Source of the DNA: Acetobacteraceae bacterium
GTDB lineage: Bacteria > Pseudomonadota > Alphaproteobacteria > Acetobacterales > Acetobacteraceae
Length of the DNA stretch: 64,000 nt
Assembly (NCBI GenBank): GCA_965276655.1
Contig: CBDIBD010000002.1
Coordinates: 277,923-341,922, forward strand
Direction of reading: 5' to 3'
The stretch's first letter is position 1. Each line of letters begins with the position of its first letter. Shown here piece by piece: positions 9,540 through 19,374 of the stretch. The notes under the pieces were generated by a model, which saw nothing but the letters and a program-made list of their open reading frames with translations, had not been told where the DNA came from and made no database searches. Made by a program: the position numbers and the translations under genes.

Positions 9540-11543
9540 ATGTTCGGAAAGCTCACCCTCTCGGCGATCCCCTACGATCAGCCGATCCCGATGGCCGCGT
9601 CCAGCCTGGTCGTCGTGGGCCTCGTCGGGATCCCGATCCTGGTCCTGGTCAAGGGCTGGCTGCCTTATCTGTGGCGCGAATGGATCACCAGCGTCGACCA
9701 CAAGCGGATCGGCGTGATGTACACGCTGCTCGCACTCGTGATGCTGATGCGCGGCTTCACCGACGCGATCATGATGCGCTCGCAGCAGGCGCTCGCCTTC
9801 CGCTCGCAGGGCTACCTGCCCCCCGAGCACTACGACCAGGTCTTCTCGGCGCACGGCACGCTGATGATCTTCTTCGTCGCCATGCCGTTCGTGATCGGCC
9901 TGATGAACTTCGTCGTGCCGCTGCAGTTGGGCGCGCGCGACGTGGCCTTTCCCACGCTCAATTCGGTCAGCTTCTGGCTGACCGCGACCGGCGCGCTGCT
10001 GGTCAACCTCTCGCTGGTCGTGGGCGAGTTCGCGCGCACCGGCTGGCTGCCGTATCCGCCGCTGTCGGAGCTCGCCTATTCGCCCGGCGTGGGCGTCGAC
10101 TATTATCTTTGGGCGCTGCAGATTTCCGGCGTCGGCACGCTGCTGACCGGCGTGAATTTCGTCACCACCATCCTCAAGATCCATGCGCCCGGCATGACCT
10201 ACATGCGCATGCCGATGTTCTGCTGGACGTCGCTGGCGTCGAACCTGCTGATCGTCGCCGCCTTCCCGATCCTGACCGCCACGCTCGCGATGCTGCTGCT
10301 CGACCGCTATCTCGGTTTTCATTTCTTCACCAACGATCATGGCGGCAACGTCATGATGTTCATGAACCTGATCTGGGCCTGGGGACATCCGGAGGTCTAC
10401 ATCCTGATCCTGCCCGCGTTCGGCGTGTTCTCCGAGGTGGTCTCGACCTTCTCGCAGAAGCCGCTGTTCGGCTACCGGTCGATGGTGCTGGCGACGATGG
10501 CGATCTGCGTGTTGTCGTTCATGGTCTGGCTGCACCATTTCTTCACCATGGGCGCAGGCGCCGACGTCAACGCGGTGTTCGGCATCGTGACGATGATCAT
10601 CGCGGTGCCCACCGGCGTGAAGGTGTTCAACTGGCTGTTCACCATGTTCGGCGGCCGCGTCACCTTCTCCGTGCCGATGCTGTGGTCGCTCGGCTTCATG
10701 GTTACCTTCGTCATCGGCGGCATGACCGGCGTGCTGCTCGCCGTGCCGCCGGCGGACTTCGTCCTGCACAACAGCCTGTTCCTGGTGGCCCACTTCCACA
10801 ACGTCATCATCGGCGGCGTGCTGTTCGGCGGGTTCGCCGGCTACAACTACTGGTTTCCGAAGGCGTTCGGCTTCCGGCTGCACGAGGGGCTCGGGAAGGC
10901 GGCGTTCTGGTGCTGGCTGAGCGGTTTCTATCTCGCCTTCATGCCGCTGTACGTGCTGGGCTTCCTCGGCATGACGCGCCGCATGCAGCACTACGACAAC
11001 CCCGCCTGGCGGCCATGGCTGCTGATCGCGGCGGCAGGGGCCGCCGTGATCGCGGCCGGCATCGTGCTGATGGTCGTCCAGCTCGTGGTCAGCATACGCC
11101 GCCGCGAGCAGCTTCGCGACGAGACCGGCGATCCCTGGAACGGGCGCTCGCTCGAATGGGCGGTGCCCTCGCCGCCGCCGTCGTTCAACTTCGCCGTGCT
11201 GCCCGACGTGCGCGGCGCCGAAGCCTACTGGAGCATCAAGCAGCGCGCGCACCAGCATGCCCGGCTCGGGCCGGAACCCGACTACGAGCCGATCGAGATG
11301 CCGCGCAACAGCCCGACCGGCTTCGTCTGCGCGTTCTTCGCGACCCTGATGGGCTTCGCGCTGATTTGGCACATCTGGTGGATGGTGGCAGCCGGCGCGC
11401 TCGGCGCGTTCGTGACGTTCGTCGCCTTCGCATGGCGCGACGACGGCAAATACACGATCCCGGCCGACACTGTCGCGCGCATCGACCGCGCCAACCGGCG
11501 GATCCGGATGACCGCGCTGGCCCATGAGGAGGCGGCGCAATGA
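9540..11543 (+). CDS. cyoB: Cytochrome o ubiquinol oxidase subunit I
   Basis: Heme-copper oxidase subunit I signature ([24 protein letters not shown]). Starts [15 protein letters not shown], as in CyoB. Confidence 0.95.
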   Translation: MFGKLTLSAIPYDQPIPMAASSLVVVGLVGIPILVLVKGWLPYLWREWITSVDHKRIGVMYTLLALVMLMRGFTDAIMMRSQQALAFRSQGYLPPEHYDQVFSAHGTLMIFFVAMPFVIGLMNFVVPLQLGARDVAFPTLNSVSFWLTATGALLVNLSLVVGEFARTGWLPYPPLSELAYSPGVGVDYYLWALQISGVGTLLTGVNFVTTILKIHAPGMTYMRMPMFCWTSLASNLLIVAAFPILTATLAMLLLDRYLGFHFFTNDHGGNVMMFMNLIWAWGHPEVYILILPAFGVFSEVVSTFSQKPLFGYRSMVLATMAICVLSFMVWLHHFFTMGAGADVNAVFGIVTMIIAVPTGVKVFNWLFTMFGGRVTFSVPMLWSLGFMVTFVIGGMTGVLLAVPPADFVLHNSLFLVAHFHNVIIGGVLFGGFAGYNYWFPKAFGFRLHEGLGKAAFWCWLSGFYLAFMPLYVLGFLGMTRRMQHYDNPAWRPWLLIAAAGAAVIAAGIVLMVVQLVVSIRRREQLRDETGDPWNGRSLEWAVPSPPPSFNFAVLPDVRGAEAYWSIKQRAHQHARLGPEPDYEPIEMPRNSPTGFVCAFFATLMGFALIWHIWWMVAAGALGAFVTFVAFAWRDDGKYTIPADTVARIDRANRRIRMTALAHEEAAQ

Positions 11544-12211
11544 GCACGTCGCAGCCAGCCATCGCGCGGTTCGATCCGCACCGCCTCGGCCGGCGGCGCG
11601 AGGATGGGGACCGGCATCACGGCTCCGAGCACGCCGCACGCAGCCTGCCGTCGGAACGGATCATCGTCGGCTACGGATTCTGGATCTTCCTGCTCAGCGA
11701 CATCATCATGTTCTCGGCCTTCTTCGCCACCTACGCGGTGCTGGCGGACAAGACCGCCGGCGGTCCCAACGGATCGAAGCTGTTCGACCTCGACAACACC
11801 GCCGCCGAGACGGCGCTGCTGCTGATCTCGAGCTTCACCAGCGGGCTCGCGAGCCTCGCCGCGCACGCCCGCAACATGCTCTGGTTCCAGATCGCGATGG
11901 CGGTGACCTTCGCGCTGGGCGCCGGCTTCATCGGCCTGGAGGTGACCGAGTTCGCGGGCCTCGTCGCGAAGGGCGACGGGCCGACGCGCAGCGCGTTCCT
12001 CTCGGCGTTCTTCGCCCTCGTCGGCTGCCATGGCCTGCACGTGACGCTCGGCCTGTTGTGGCTGCTGACGATGATGGCGCAGGCGGCGGCCAAGGGCTTC
12101 CGGCCGGAAATCATGCGGCGCCTGCTCTGCTTCAGCCTGTTCTGGCACGCGCTCGACATCATCTGGGTGGCGCTCTTCACGGTGGTCTACCTGCTGGGAG
12201 TGGCGCGATGA
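11540..12211 (+). CDS. cyoC: Cytochrome o ubiquinol oxidase subunit III
   Basis: ATGA overlap with cyoB. Polytopic protein with a typical subunit III C-terminus ([17 protein letters not shown]). Confidence 0.9.
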   Translation: MSTSQPAIARFDPHRLGRRREDGDRHHGSEHAARSLPSERIIVGYGFWIFLLSDIIMFSAFFATYAVLADKTAGGPNGSKLFDLDNTAAETALLLISSFTSGLASLAAHARNMLWFQIAMAVTFALGAGFIGLEVTEFAGLVAKGDGPTRSAFLSAFFALVGCHGLHVTLGLLWLLTMMAQAAAKGFRPEIMRRLLCFSLFWHALDIIWVALFTVVYLLGVAR

Positions 12212-12609
12212 GCGACAATGTCCGTGGTGCGCACCTGCACCACTCCGACCGCGCGCCCGGCGACGAGCGCGAGGAGGGCGAGGATCTCGCCCACGGCGTC
12301 ATCGGCTACCTCGTCGGGCTGGGCCTCGCGACGGCGCTCACCGTGATCGCGTTCCTGGTGGCCCGCACCAGCCTGGTCTGGGAGCCGAGCATTCCCATCG
12401 CCCTGCTTACGCTCGCCATCGCCCAGATGGGGGTGCACATCGTCTTCTTCCTGCGCATCACCAGCGGCCCCGACAACATCAACAACATCATGGCGCTGGC
12501 CTTCGGGGTGCTGATCGTGTCGCTGCTGATCGGCGGCTCGATCTGGATCATGGACCATCTGAACCAGAACATGCTGCCGATGGACCAGATCATGAAGATG
12601 CAGCGTTAG
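12208..12609 (+). CDS. cyoD: Cytochrome o ubiquinol oxidase subunit IV
   Basis: ATGA overlap with cyoC. 133 aa with 3 TM helices. Position and size fit CyoD. Confidence 0.85.
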   Translation: MSDNVRGAHLHHSDRAPGDEREEGEDLAHGVIGYLVGLGLATALTVIAFLVARTSLVWEPSIPIALLTLAIAQMGVHIVFFLRITSGPDNINNIMALAFGVLIVSLLIGGSIWIMDHLNQNMLPMDQIMKMQR

Positions 12610-12627
12610 ACCACCGCGCCTTGCGTC

Positions 12628-14013
12628 CTATTCGGCGGCCCGCGCCAGCCCGACGACGCGCGCCGGCTCACGCATCGTCACCATCTCCTCGGCCGATGTC
12701 GGGTGGATCCCGACCGTGTGGTCGATATCGCGTTTGGTCAGGCCCGCGGCGACCGCGACGGCAAATCCCTGGATGATCTCGGGTGCGTCGTCACCCATCA
12801 TGTGCGCGCCGAGCACCACGCCGCTTGCCTGCTCGACGACCAGCTTCATCGTCGAGCGGTTCGAGACACGCGCGGTGATCGTGTGCTTGAGCGGCGTGAA
12901 CCGGGAAAGATAGATCTCGACCGCGCCTTTCTCGATCGCTGCTTCTTCCGTCAGGCCGACGCTCGCCATCGGCGGCGAGAAGAAGACCGCCTTGGCCACC
13001 GTGTCCAGCGCCCAGCGTCGCGCTTCTCCCGGCCCGAACAGACGGTGCGCGAGCCGGTGGCCCTCGGCGATCGCGACGGGGGTGAGATTGAGGCGGTTGG
13101 ACACATCGCCGATGGCATAGATATGCGGGATGCTGCTCTGGTTCTCGTCGTCGACGACCACGCCGCCGGCCGCGTTCGTCTTCACGCCGGCCCGCTCCAG
13201 CCCCAGTCCCTCGGTATGCGGTTTGCGGCCGACGGCGAAAAAGACCAGATCGGTCTCGACGCTGGTGCCATCGAACAAGTCGGCGGTCAGATGGCCGCCC
13301 GGATGCCTGACGACCCGGTGCAGCGTGGTCAGCGGACGCTGCTCGATCCCGCGCGCATCGATCGCCTCCGACAGCGCGTCGCGCATGTCCTGATCGAAGC
13401 CGCGCAGCGGCCTGGGCTGGCGGTAGACGAGCGTCACCTCCGATCCCAGCGCACGAAAGATGCCCGCGAACTCCACGCCGATATACCCGCCGCCCACGAT
13501 CAGCACGCGGTCCGGGCGCGCGGGCAGATGGAAGGCCGCGTCCGACACGATGCCATGCTCGCTGCCCTCGATAGGCGGCTCGACGATCGGATGGCCGCCG
13601 GTCGCGACGACGATCCGTGCCGCCGTCACCCGCTTGCCGCCGACGTCGAGCGTGTGGCCGTCGATGAAGGTGGCGCGCGCGTCGAAATGCGCGACGCCCG
13701 CCCGGTCGAGCAGCGAGACATAGATCGCGTTCAGTCGGGAGATCTCCTCGTCCTTGGCAGCGATCAGGGCACGCCAGTCATGACCGTCCACGGTCGTCTC
13801 CCAGCCGAAGGCGCGGCTGTCGGCGGCGGCGGCGCCGTATTCGCCGGCCTGGACAAGAAGCTTCTTGGGCACGCAGCCGACGTTGACGCATGTCCCGCCC
13901 CAGAACCGTTCCTCGGCCACGCCCACCCGAGCACCGTAGCCCGCGGCGATGCGCGCGCAGCGAACCCCGCCTGATCCGCCACCGATGACGAAAAGGTCGA
14001 AATCAAAGGTCAT
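12628..14013 (-). CDS. gor: Glutathione-disulfide reductase
   Basis: Start MTFDFDLFVIGGGSGG. Redox-active disulfide GGTCVNVGCVPKK. C-terminal HPTSAEE dimer-interface motif. Confidence 0.9.
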   Translation of the reverse strand: MTFDFDLFVIGGGSGGVRCARIAAGYGARVGVAEERFWGGTCVNVGCVPKKLLVQAGEYGAAAADSRAFGWETTVDGHDWRALIAAKDEEISRLNAIYVSLLDRAGVAHFDARATFIDGHTLDVGGKRVTAARIVVATGGHPIVEPPIEGSEHGIVSDAAFHLPARPDRVLIVGGGYIGVEFAGIFRALGSEVTLVYRQPRPLRGFDQDMRDALSEAIDARGIEQRPLTTLHRVVRHPGGHLTADLFDGTSVETDLVFFAVGRKPHTEGLGLERAGVKTNAAGGVVVDDENQSSIPHIYAIGDVSNRLNLTPVAIAEGHRLAHRLFGPGEARRWALDTVAKAVFFSPPMASVGLTEEAAIEKGAVEIYLSRFTPLKHTITARVSNRSTMKLVVEQASGVVLGAHMMGDDAPEIIQGFAVAVAAGLTKRDIDHTVGIHPTSAEEMVTMREPARVVGLARAAE

Positions 14014-14070
14014 GCGTATTCCTTGACGATGCCCGGCTCCCACATCGATACGGATGGCGGCGAGAAAGCG

Positions 14071-14583
14071 ATGAGAGTGATGTCCCGGATCGGTCCGATC
14101 GGCGTGTTCGTCGTCCTGTCAGGTGCGATATCGGCACGCGCCGCGGTTCCGCCATTGGCGCCATTGCCGGACCGGCAATTGGAGACCCGCTCGGCGGCGA
14201 TCCTGGGCACCGAGCTGCTCCGCCGGAACGCGACGCCGCCGGTCATCCTGCGAGTGCGTGAGCTGACCGGCAAGTATCTGTCGGGCGGATCGGACCGGGA
14301 TTTCTCGCCACAGCTGCAGGTTGCGGTCACCGAGGCACCGAAGCTGATCGGGCCGGGGAGCGATTGCCGCTCGCTTCACCTGCGCCTCGACCTGGCATTT
14401 CCGTCCAACTGGCTGCCGCCGCTGGTCATCGATGGCCCGTGGTGCCTGACGCCGGCCGGCTGGCAGGCGATCACGCTGCGGGTCAGCGGGGCGATCCCCA
14501 AATCACCGGGACAGTTGCCGTTGCCGTCGGACAATCACGGGCTCGAGACCACCACGCTGGATGTCACGCCAGCCCGATCGTAG
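14071..14583 (+). CDS. Hypothetical secreted protein
   Basis: Signal-peptide-like N-terminus MRVMSRIGPIGVFVVLSGAISARA. No family recognised. The track ORF starts at 14023. Confidence 0.45.
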   Translation: MRVMSRIGPIGVFVVLSGAISARAAVPPLAPLPDRQLETRSAAILGTELLRRNATPPVILRVRELTGKYLSGGSDRDFSPQLQVAVTEAPKLIGPGSDCRSLHLRLDLAFPSNWLPPLVIDGPWCLTPAGWQAITLRVSGAIPKSPGQLPLPSDNHGLETTTLDVTPARS

Positions 14584-14603
14584 GACGCTGCTTCTCGACG
14601 CCC

Positions 14604-15422
14604 CTATTTCTCGACAAACGCCTTCTCGATCACGTATTCGCCCGGCTCTGCGTTGTGGCCCTCGACGAAGCCGTGCGCGACCAGCATCGCTTCGCAGTCG
14701 GCCAGCATGCGCTCGTTGCCGCAGATCATCGCGCGGTCCAGCGCGTGGTCGACCGGCGGCAGCCCGAGATCGGCGAACAGCTTGCCGCTGCCGAACAGCT
14801 CGGTAATGCGGCCGGTGGTCTCGTATTCCTCGCGCGTGACGCTCGGATAGTAGAGCAGCTTGCCGGCGATCTCCTCGCCGAGCAGTTCGTGCCGGGGCAG
14901 CTCGTCGCGGATATACAGGCGGTAGGCCAGTTCGTCGGCGGTGCGGCAGGTGTGGGTGAGCACGACATGCTCGTAGCGATCATAGACCGCCGGGTCGTGG
15001 ATCAGCGCCATGAACGGGGCGAGGCCAGTGCCGGTCGCCAGCAGATAGAGGTTCCGCCCCGGCTTGAGATTGTCGACGATCAGGGTGCCGACCGGCTTGC
15101 GGCCGACCAGGATGGTGTCGCCGACCCGGACCTGGCCGAGGCGCGAGGTCAGCGGACCGTCCTCGACCTGGATGCTGAGGAACTCGAGGTAGCCCTCGTA
15201 GTTGGCGCTCGCCATGCTGTAAGCGCGCAGCAGCGGCTTTCCCTCGACCTCGATGCCGATCATGGTGAACTGACCGTTCTCGAACCGCAACGACGGATCG
15301 CGCGTGGTGCGGAAGCTGAACAGCCGGTCGGTCCAGCGCTGCACGGACAGCACGGTTTCGGCGTTGAGGTGCCCGTAGGCCTTGGTGGGCTCCGGGATGC
15401 CCCGGGCGAGGGTGGTCGACAT
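14604..15422 (-). CDS. fpr: Ferredoxin--NADP(+) reductase
   Basis: FAD motif RAYSMAS and NADP loop LLATGTGLAPF. ATG at 15422 (MSTTLARG). Confidence 0.9.
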   Translation of the reverse strand: MSTTLARGIPEPTKAYGHLNAETVLSVQRWTDRLFSFRTTRDPSLRFENGQFTMIGIEVEGKPLLRAYSMASANYEGYLEFLSIQVEDGPLTSRLGQVRVGDTILVGRKPVGTLIVDNLKPGRNLYLLATGTGLAPFMALIHDPAVYDRYEHVVLTHTCRTADELAYRLYIRDELPRHELLGEEIAGKLLYYPSVTREEYETTGRITELFGSGKLFADLGLPPVDHALDRAMICGNERMLADCEAMLVAHGFVEGHNAEPGEYVIEKAFVEK

Positions 15423-15456
15423 CGGCTGGTCCAATCTCCGAACGCGTCGGCCCCAT

Positions 15457-16425
15457 CTATTGGTGACGGCCCGGGTTTTCCAGTGCCGCGGCAAGGCGCT
15501 CGAAGGCGGCGTCACCGGGCGGCACTCCGAAACGGAGCCGGTCGGGGGCGTGCGTGAACCGTCGCACCATGATGCCGGCTCGTCCCAGGCGGCGCCACAG
15601 CGCGGCCGCCTCCGGATGGGAAGCCAGGCGGAACAGGACCGTCCCGCCGATGATGGTCAGGCCGTGATCGGCGAGAAGGCGGTCCAGCCGGCCGGCGGCC
15701 GCCGTGAGCGCGGTCCGCTGGGCGGCGCGCCAATCGAGGTCCGGCAGCGCCGCGAGCCCCGCCGCGAGCGCGGGCGCCGACACCGGCCATGCGCCGAGCG
15801 CGCTCCGCAGACGCGCCAGCAGCGGATCGGCGCCGAGCGCGAAGCCGAGCCGCACGCCGGGCAGCCCATAGGTCTTGCCGAACGAGCGCAACAGGATCAG
15901 GCCCGGGCGGGAGGCGAGGCGCGGGAGGTCGGCTTGGCAGGACTCGAGATCGGCGAACGCCTCGTCGACGATGACGAGACGGCCGGGGACGGGTGCGACG
16001 GCGGCGACGTGGCCATCGGGATTGTTGGGTCGAGTGACGACGATCGTGGGCGCGCCGGTCTCGCGGGCGGCGGCGAGGCAGGGCACGTCGTGGATCAGCG
16101 CCCCGGCGGCCGACCAGGCGCGTGCATGACCGGCATAGGTGGGGCCGACGATGGCGACGTCGCCGCCCCGGAGGAGGGCAATCAGGCTCATCAGCAGCCC
16201 GGTGCCGGGACCCGCGACGGCAATCGCGTCGGGAGGCAGGCCGTAGGCGCGCGCGGCCTGCGCCTCGAGGGCCGTGAGGTCGGCGGGCTCCGGCAGGCGG
16301 TCGAGCCGGACGGGCGGACAGGGATAGGCGGTGGGATTGATGCCGGTCGACAGATCCAGACACGGTTCCGGGGCGCCGGGAAAGCAGGCGCGTGCGTGGG
16401 CCAGATTGCCGCCGGAGATGTCCAT
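15457..16425 (-). CDS. cobC: L-threonine-O-3-phosphate decarboxylase (cobalamin aminopropanol arm)
   Basis: Class I/II aminotransferase fold with the PLP lysine context SFGKTYGLPGVRLGF. N-terminal GGNL...STGINP. Sits next to cobD/cbiB. Confidence 0.8.
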   Translation of the reverse strand: MDISGGNLAHARACFPGAPEPCLDLSTGINPTAYPCPPVRLDRLPEPADLTALEAQAARAYGLPPDAIAVAGPGTGLLMSLIALLRGGDVAIVGPTYAGHARAWSAAGALIHDVPCLAAARETGAPTIVVTRPNNPDGHVAAVAPVPGRLVIVDEAFADLESCQADLPRLASRPGLILLRSFGKTYGLPGVRLGFALGADPLLARLRSALGAWPVSAPALAAGLAALPDLDWRAAQRTALTAAAGRLDRLLADHGLTIIGGTVLFRLASHPEAAALWRRLGRAGIMVRRFTHAPDRLRFGVPPGDAAFERLAAALENPGRHQ

Positions 16426-17341
16426 GCGGCTGAGGATGCTGTCTGCGTCGATGCTCGTCGAGGCGGTGGCGGGCTATCCGGACTGGCTGTTCCGCCGCGC
16501 GGGGCACCCGGTGACGTGGGCCGGATCGCTGATCGGTCGGCTGGACGAGGACTGGAACCGTCCCGAGGCCACGGCTGCGGTCGCGCGTTGCCGCGGCGCC
16601 GCGGCGCTCGCCTTCGTCGTCGCCGGCGCATGGCTCACCGGCCGCGCGGTCTCGCGCCATGGCCCGGCCGCTTCGATCGCCGCGGCCTCGAGCCTGCTCG
16701 CCGCGCGCAGCCTGCACGCGCACGTGGCCGCCGTCTCGCGCGGGCTGGAGCAGGGGTTGCCCGCGGGGCGCGCGGCGCTGTCGATGATCGTGGGGCGCGA
16801 CACCGCAAGGCTTGACGAGGCGGGCGTGGCGCGGGCGGCGATCGAAAGCCTGGCCGAGAATTTCTCCGACGCGGTGGTGGCACCCGCCCTTTGGTTCGCC
16901 ATCGGCGGGCTGCCCGCGATGGCCGCCTACAAGGCGATCAACACCGCCGACAGCATGATCGGTCATCGGACCGAACGGCATCGCGCGTTCGGCTGGGCGT
17001 CGGCGCGGACCGACGACTGGGTCAACCTGCCGGCGTCGCGGCTTTCTGCGCTGCTGATCGCGGCGGGCTCCGGCCAGCCGCGTCCGGCGTTGCGGGCCGT
17101 CCGGCGGGGTGCCGCGCGCCACCGATCGCCGAACGCCGGCTGGCCGGAGGCAGCGATGGCGGGCGCGCTCGGCATACGGCTCGCGGGACCGAGGTCCTAT
17201 GGAGGCCATCCGGTCGAGGATGCGTGGATGGGGAACGGCACGGCGGACCTCGGACGGGCCGAGATCGCGCGCGCGCTGCGCGTCTATCGGCGGGCGTGCA
17301 TGCTCGCCTTCGCGCTGACCGCATGGGGAGGCGTTCGATGA
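16424..17341 (+). CDS. cobD: Adenosylcobinamide-phosphate synthase (CobD/CbiB)
   Basis: Motifs GYPDWLFRRAGHPVTW and NTADSMIGH. GGAGA lies 5 nt upstream of the ATG at 16424. Alternative starts at 16418, 16436 and 16451. Confidence 0.85.
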   Translation: MRLRMLSASMLVEAVAGYPDWLFRRAGHPVTWAGSLIGRLDEDWNRPEATAAVARCRGAAALAFVVAGAWLTGRAVSRHGPAASIAAASSLLAARSLHAHVAAVSRGLEQGLPAGRAALSMIVGRDTARLDEAGVARAAIESLAENFSDAVVAPALWFAIGGLPAMAAYKAINTADSMIGHRTERHRAFGWASARTDDWVNLPASRLSALLIAAGSGQPRPALRAVRRGAARHRSPNAGWPEAAMAGALGIRLAGPRSYGGHPVEDAWMGNGTADLGRAEIARALRVYRRACMLAFALTAWGGVR

Positions 17342-18555
17342 GCGATCACGATGCCGAGGCGTTCGACATCCAGGCGTGCGACGCGCGGGCGGACCGGCTG
17401 GAGCCCTGGCTGCGCGCGTTCGTCCACCGGCCCACCAGGCACGCCGCCGCGGCGGCAGGACCACTGCACGGCATGCCGGTCGGGGTGAAGGACATCATCG
17501 ACACCGCCGACATGCCGACCTGTTGCGGCTCGCCGCTGCTGGCGGGCCGCCGCCCGGACGCGGACGCCGCAATCGTCTCGCGGCTGCGCGCGCTCGGCGC
17601 GATCGTGTTCGCCAAGACGGTCACCACCGAGTTCGCCTGGCGCCACCCCGGAGCCACGGTCAATCCCTACCGGCGGGGCCACACGCCGGGCGGTTCGTCG
17701 AGCGGCTCTGCGGCCGCCGTCGCCGCCGGGATCGTGCCGTTGGCGCTCGGGACCCAGACCGTGGGCTCGATCATCCGGCCGGCCGCGTTCTGCGGCGTCG
17801 TCGGCTTCAAGCCGACCCACGCCACCCTGCCGACGGCGGGGGTGCACCCGTTCAGTCCCTCGCTCGACCATGTCGGGCTGTTCGCGCGGCGGGTCGAGAC
17901 CGTCGCCCATGTCTTCCGCCATCTGGTGCGCGGCTCGGAGGCGGCGACGATCGAGGCGCCGCGCCTGCTGCTGGTCCGCCCGCGCGAGCACGCCGTGAGC
18001 GGACCGCAGCGTGCCGCGCGCGACGACGCGGCCCGCCTGCTTCGCGATTCGGGAGCGACGATCTGCGAGCGCGTGCTCCCGCCCACCTTCGATCGCGTCT
18101 GGGACTGGCTCGGCGTGGTGCTGGCGTTCGAGGCGGCGGCGCAATTCGGCGCGATGGTCGATCGTCATCCGGACCGGACCAGCGCGTGGCTGCAACGGAT
18201 CGTCGCCGAAGGCCGGACGATCGAGCCCGCCGCCTACGACGAGGCCCGCCATGCGCAGACGCTGCTCCGCGCCGCGAGCCGTGACGCGATGGCCGGTTTC
18301 GATGCGCTGCTGATGGTGCCGGCGCCCGGGGAGGCGCCGGCGGGCCTGGACGACACCGGCGACGCCACGTTCTGCGCGCCCTGGAGTTTCGCGGGCGTTC
18401 CGGCGCTCACCGTGCCTGCCGGCTGGTCGCCGAACGGCCTCCCGCTCGGCCTGCAACTGGTCGGCGCCTGGGGCACCGACGCGCGCCTGCTCGATCTCGG
18501 CGCCTGGATCGAGACGCGCCTCGCCTGGCCGCCACGCGCACTCGACTCGCCCTGA
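17338..18555 (+). CDS. Amidase-signature family amidase
   Basis: GGSSSGSAAAVAAG signature and the Ser-cisSer-Lys context. The ATG at 17338 overlaps the cobD stop (ATGA). Confidence 0.8.
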   Translation: MSDHDAEAFDIQACDARADRLEPWLRAFVHRPTRHAAAAAGPLHGMPVGVKDIIDTADMPTCCGSPLLAGRRPDADAAIVSRLRALGAIVFAKTVTTEFAWRHPGATVNPYRRGHTPGGSSSGSAAAVAAGIVPLALGTQTVGSIIRPAAFCGVVGFKPTHATLPTAGVHPFSPSLDHVGLFARRVETVAHVFRHLVRGSEAATIEAPRLLLVRPREHAVSGPQRAARDDAARLLRDSGATICERVLPPTFDRVWDWLGVVLAFEAAAQFGAMVDRHPDRTSAWLQRIVAEGRTIEPAAYDEARHAQTLLRAASRDAMAGFDALLMVPAPGEAPAGLDDTGDATFCAPWSFAGVPALTVPAGWSPNGLPLGLQLVGAWGTDARLLDLGAWIETRLAWPPRALDSP

Positions 18556-18657
18556 CAATCAAACCCTGAGAATCAAGTGGGGTGCTGCTTGGCGACCTTG
18601 CAAGGCCTCGCTGAACCCGTGCTCGTCGGCAAGCCAGCGGGAACGCGCCGCGCGCGA

Positions 18658-19374
18658 TCATCGGCGTCGGTGGCACGCCATCCAGTTCACGCGCGTGCTG
18701 GCTTGCCACCAGGCGCGATGGACGAGCGGGAGATATCCCATCCCGGTCAGTGCCACCTGCCGCAATCCATGCCGGGCCAGCCGGTCGTCCACCTCGCCCG
18801 GGTTGCGGAAATCCGCCCAGCGATGGGTGCCCGGCGGCAGCACCCTGAGGATGTATTCCGCGCCGATCTTGGCGAGTGCGAGGCTCTCGGGCGTGCGGGC
18901 GATCGAGGAGACGAACAGCAATCCGCCCGGCGCGACATGGGTCGCGAGCCTTGCGAGGAAGCCGTCGAGATCCTCGACATGCTCCACGACCTCGAGGCAG
19001 CAGACGATGTCGAACCGTTCGCCCGCCAGCGCCTCGGCCAGCGTGCCCCGGCGGTAGTCGATCGAGAGCCCGGTTGCGTGCCTCAGGGCGACCGCGATGT
19101 TCTCGGCGCTGACGTCGATGCCGGTGAGGATCGCACCCTTCCTGGCCAGCGCCTCCGACAGAAGACCCGCCCCGCACCCGACATCGAGCACCCGCCTGCC
19201 GGCAAGCGGGCCGAGTTGCTCCCGCGCGCGATCCTCGATCCAGGCGGCGCGCATCGGGTTGATCACATGCAGCGCCTGCATCGGTCCCTTCGGATCCCAG
19301 AACCGTGCCGCCTGGCGGTCATAGAATTGCCGCTCGCCGCGCGCCGCACCGTCCCTCCGATCGTCATCGCTCAT
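18658..19374 (-). CDS. ubiG: Bifunctional 3-demethylubiquinol 3-O-methyltransferase / 2-polyprenyl-6-hydroxyphenol methylase
   Basis: SAM motif [13 protein letters not shown] plus the UbiG-specific [14 protein letters not shown]. The ATG overlaps the cobQ stop (ATGA at 19371-19374). Confidence 0.85.
   Translation of the reverse strand: MSDDDRRDGAARGERQFYDRQAARFWDPKGPMQALHVINPMRAAWIEDRAREQLGPLAGRRVLDVGCGAGLLSEALARKGAILTGIDVSAENIAVALRHATGLSIDYRRGTLAEALAGERFDIVCCLEVVEHVEDLDGFLARLATHVAPGGLLFVSSIARTPESLALAKIGAEYILRVLPPGTHRWADFRNPGEVDDRLARHGLRQVALTGMGYLPLVHRAWWQASTRVNWMACHRRR

Noticed and set aside
15512-17464. 650-aa minus-strand ORF, plus the other long Arg/Pro-rich ORFs (9516..11639, 22610..24019, 23983..25611, 57516..59474 and so on)
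   Set aside because: All are antisense or out of frame relative to genes with strong family signatures (cobC/cobD, cyoB, the binding proteins, cobT/cobS). All have the biased composition expected from GC3-rich coding DNA read in the wrong frame.
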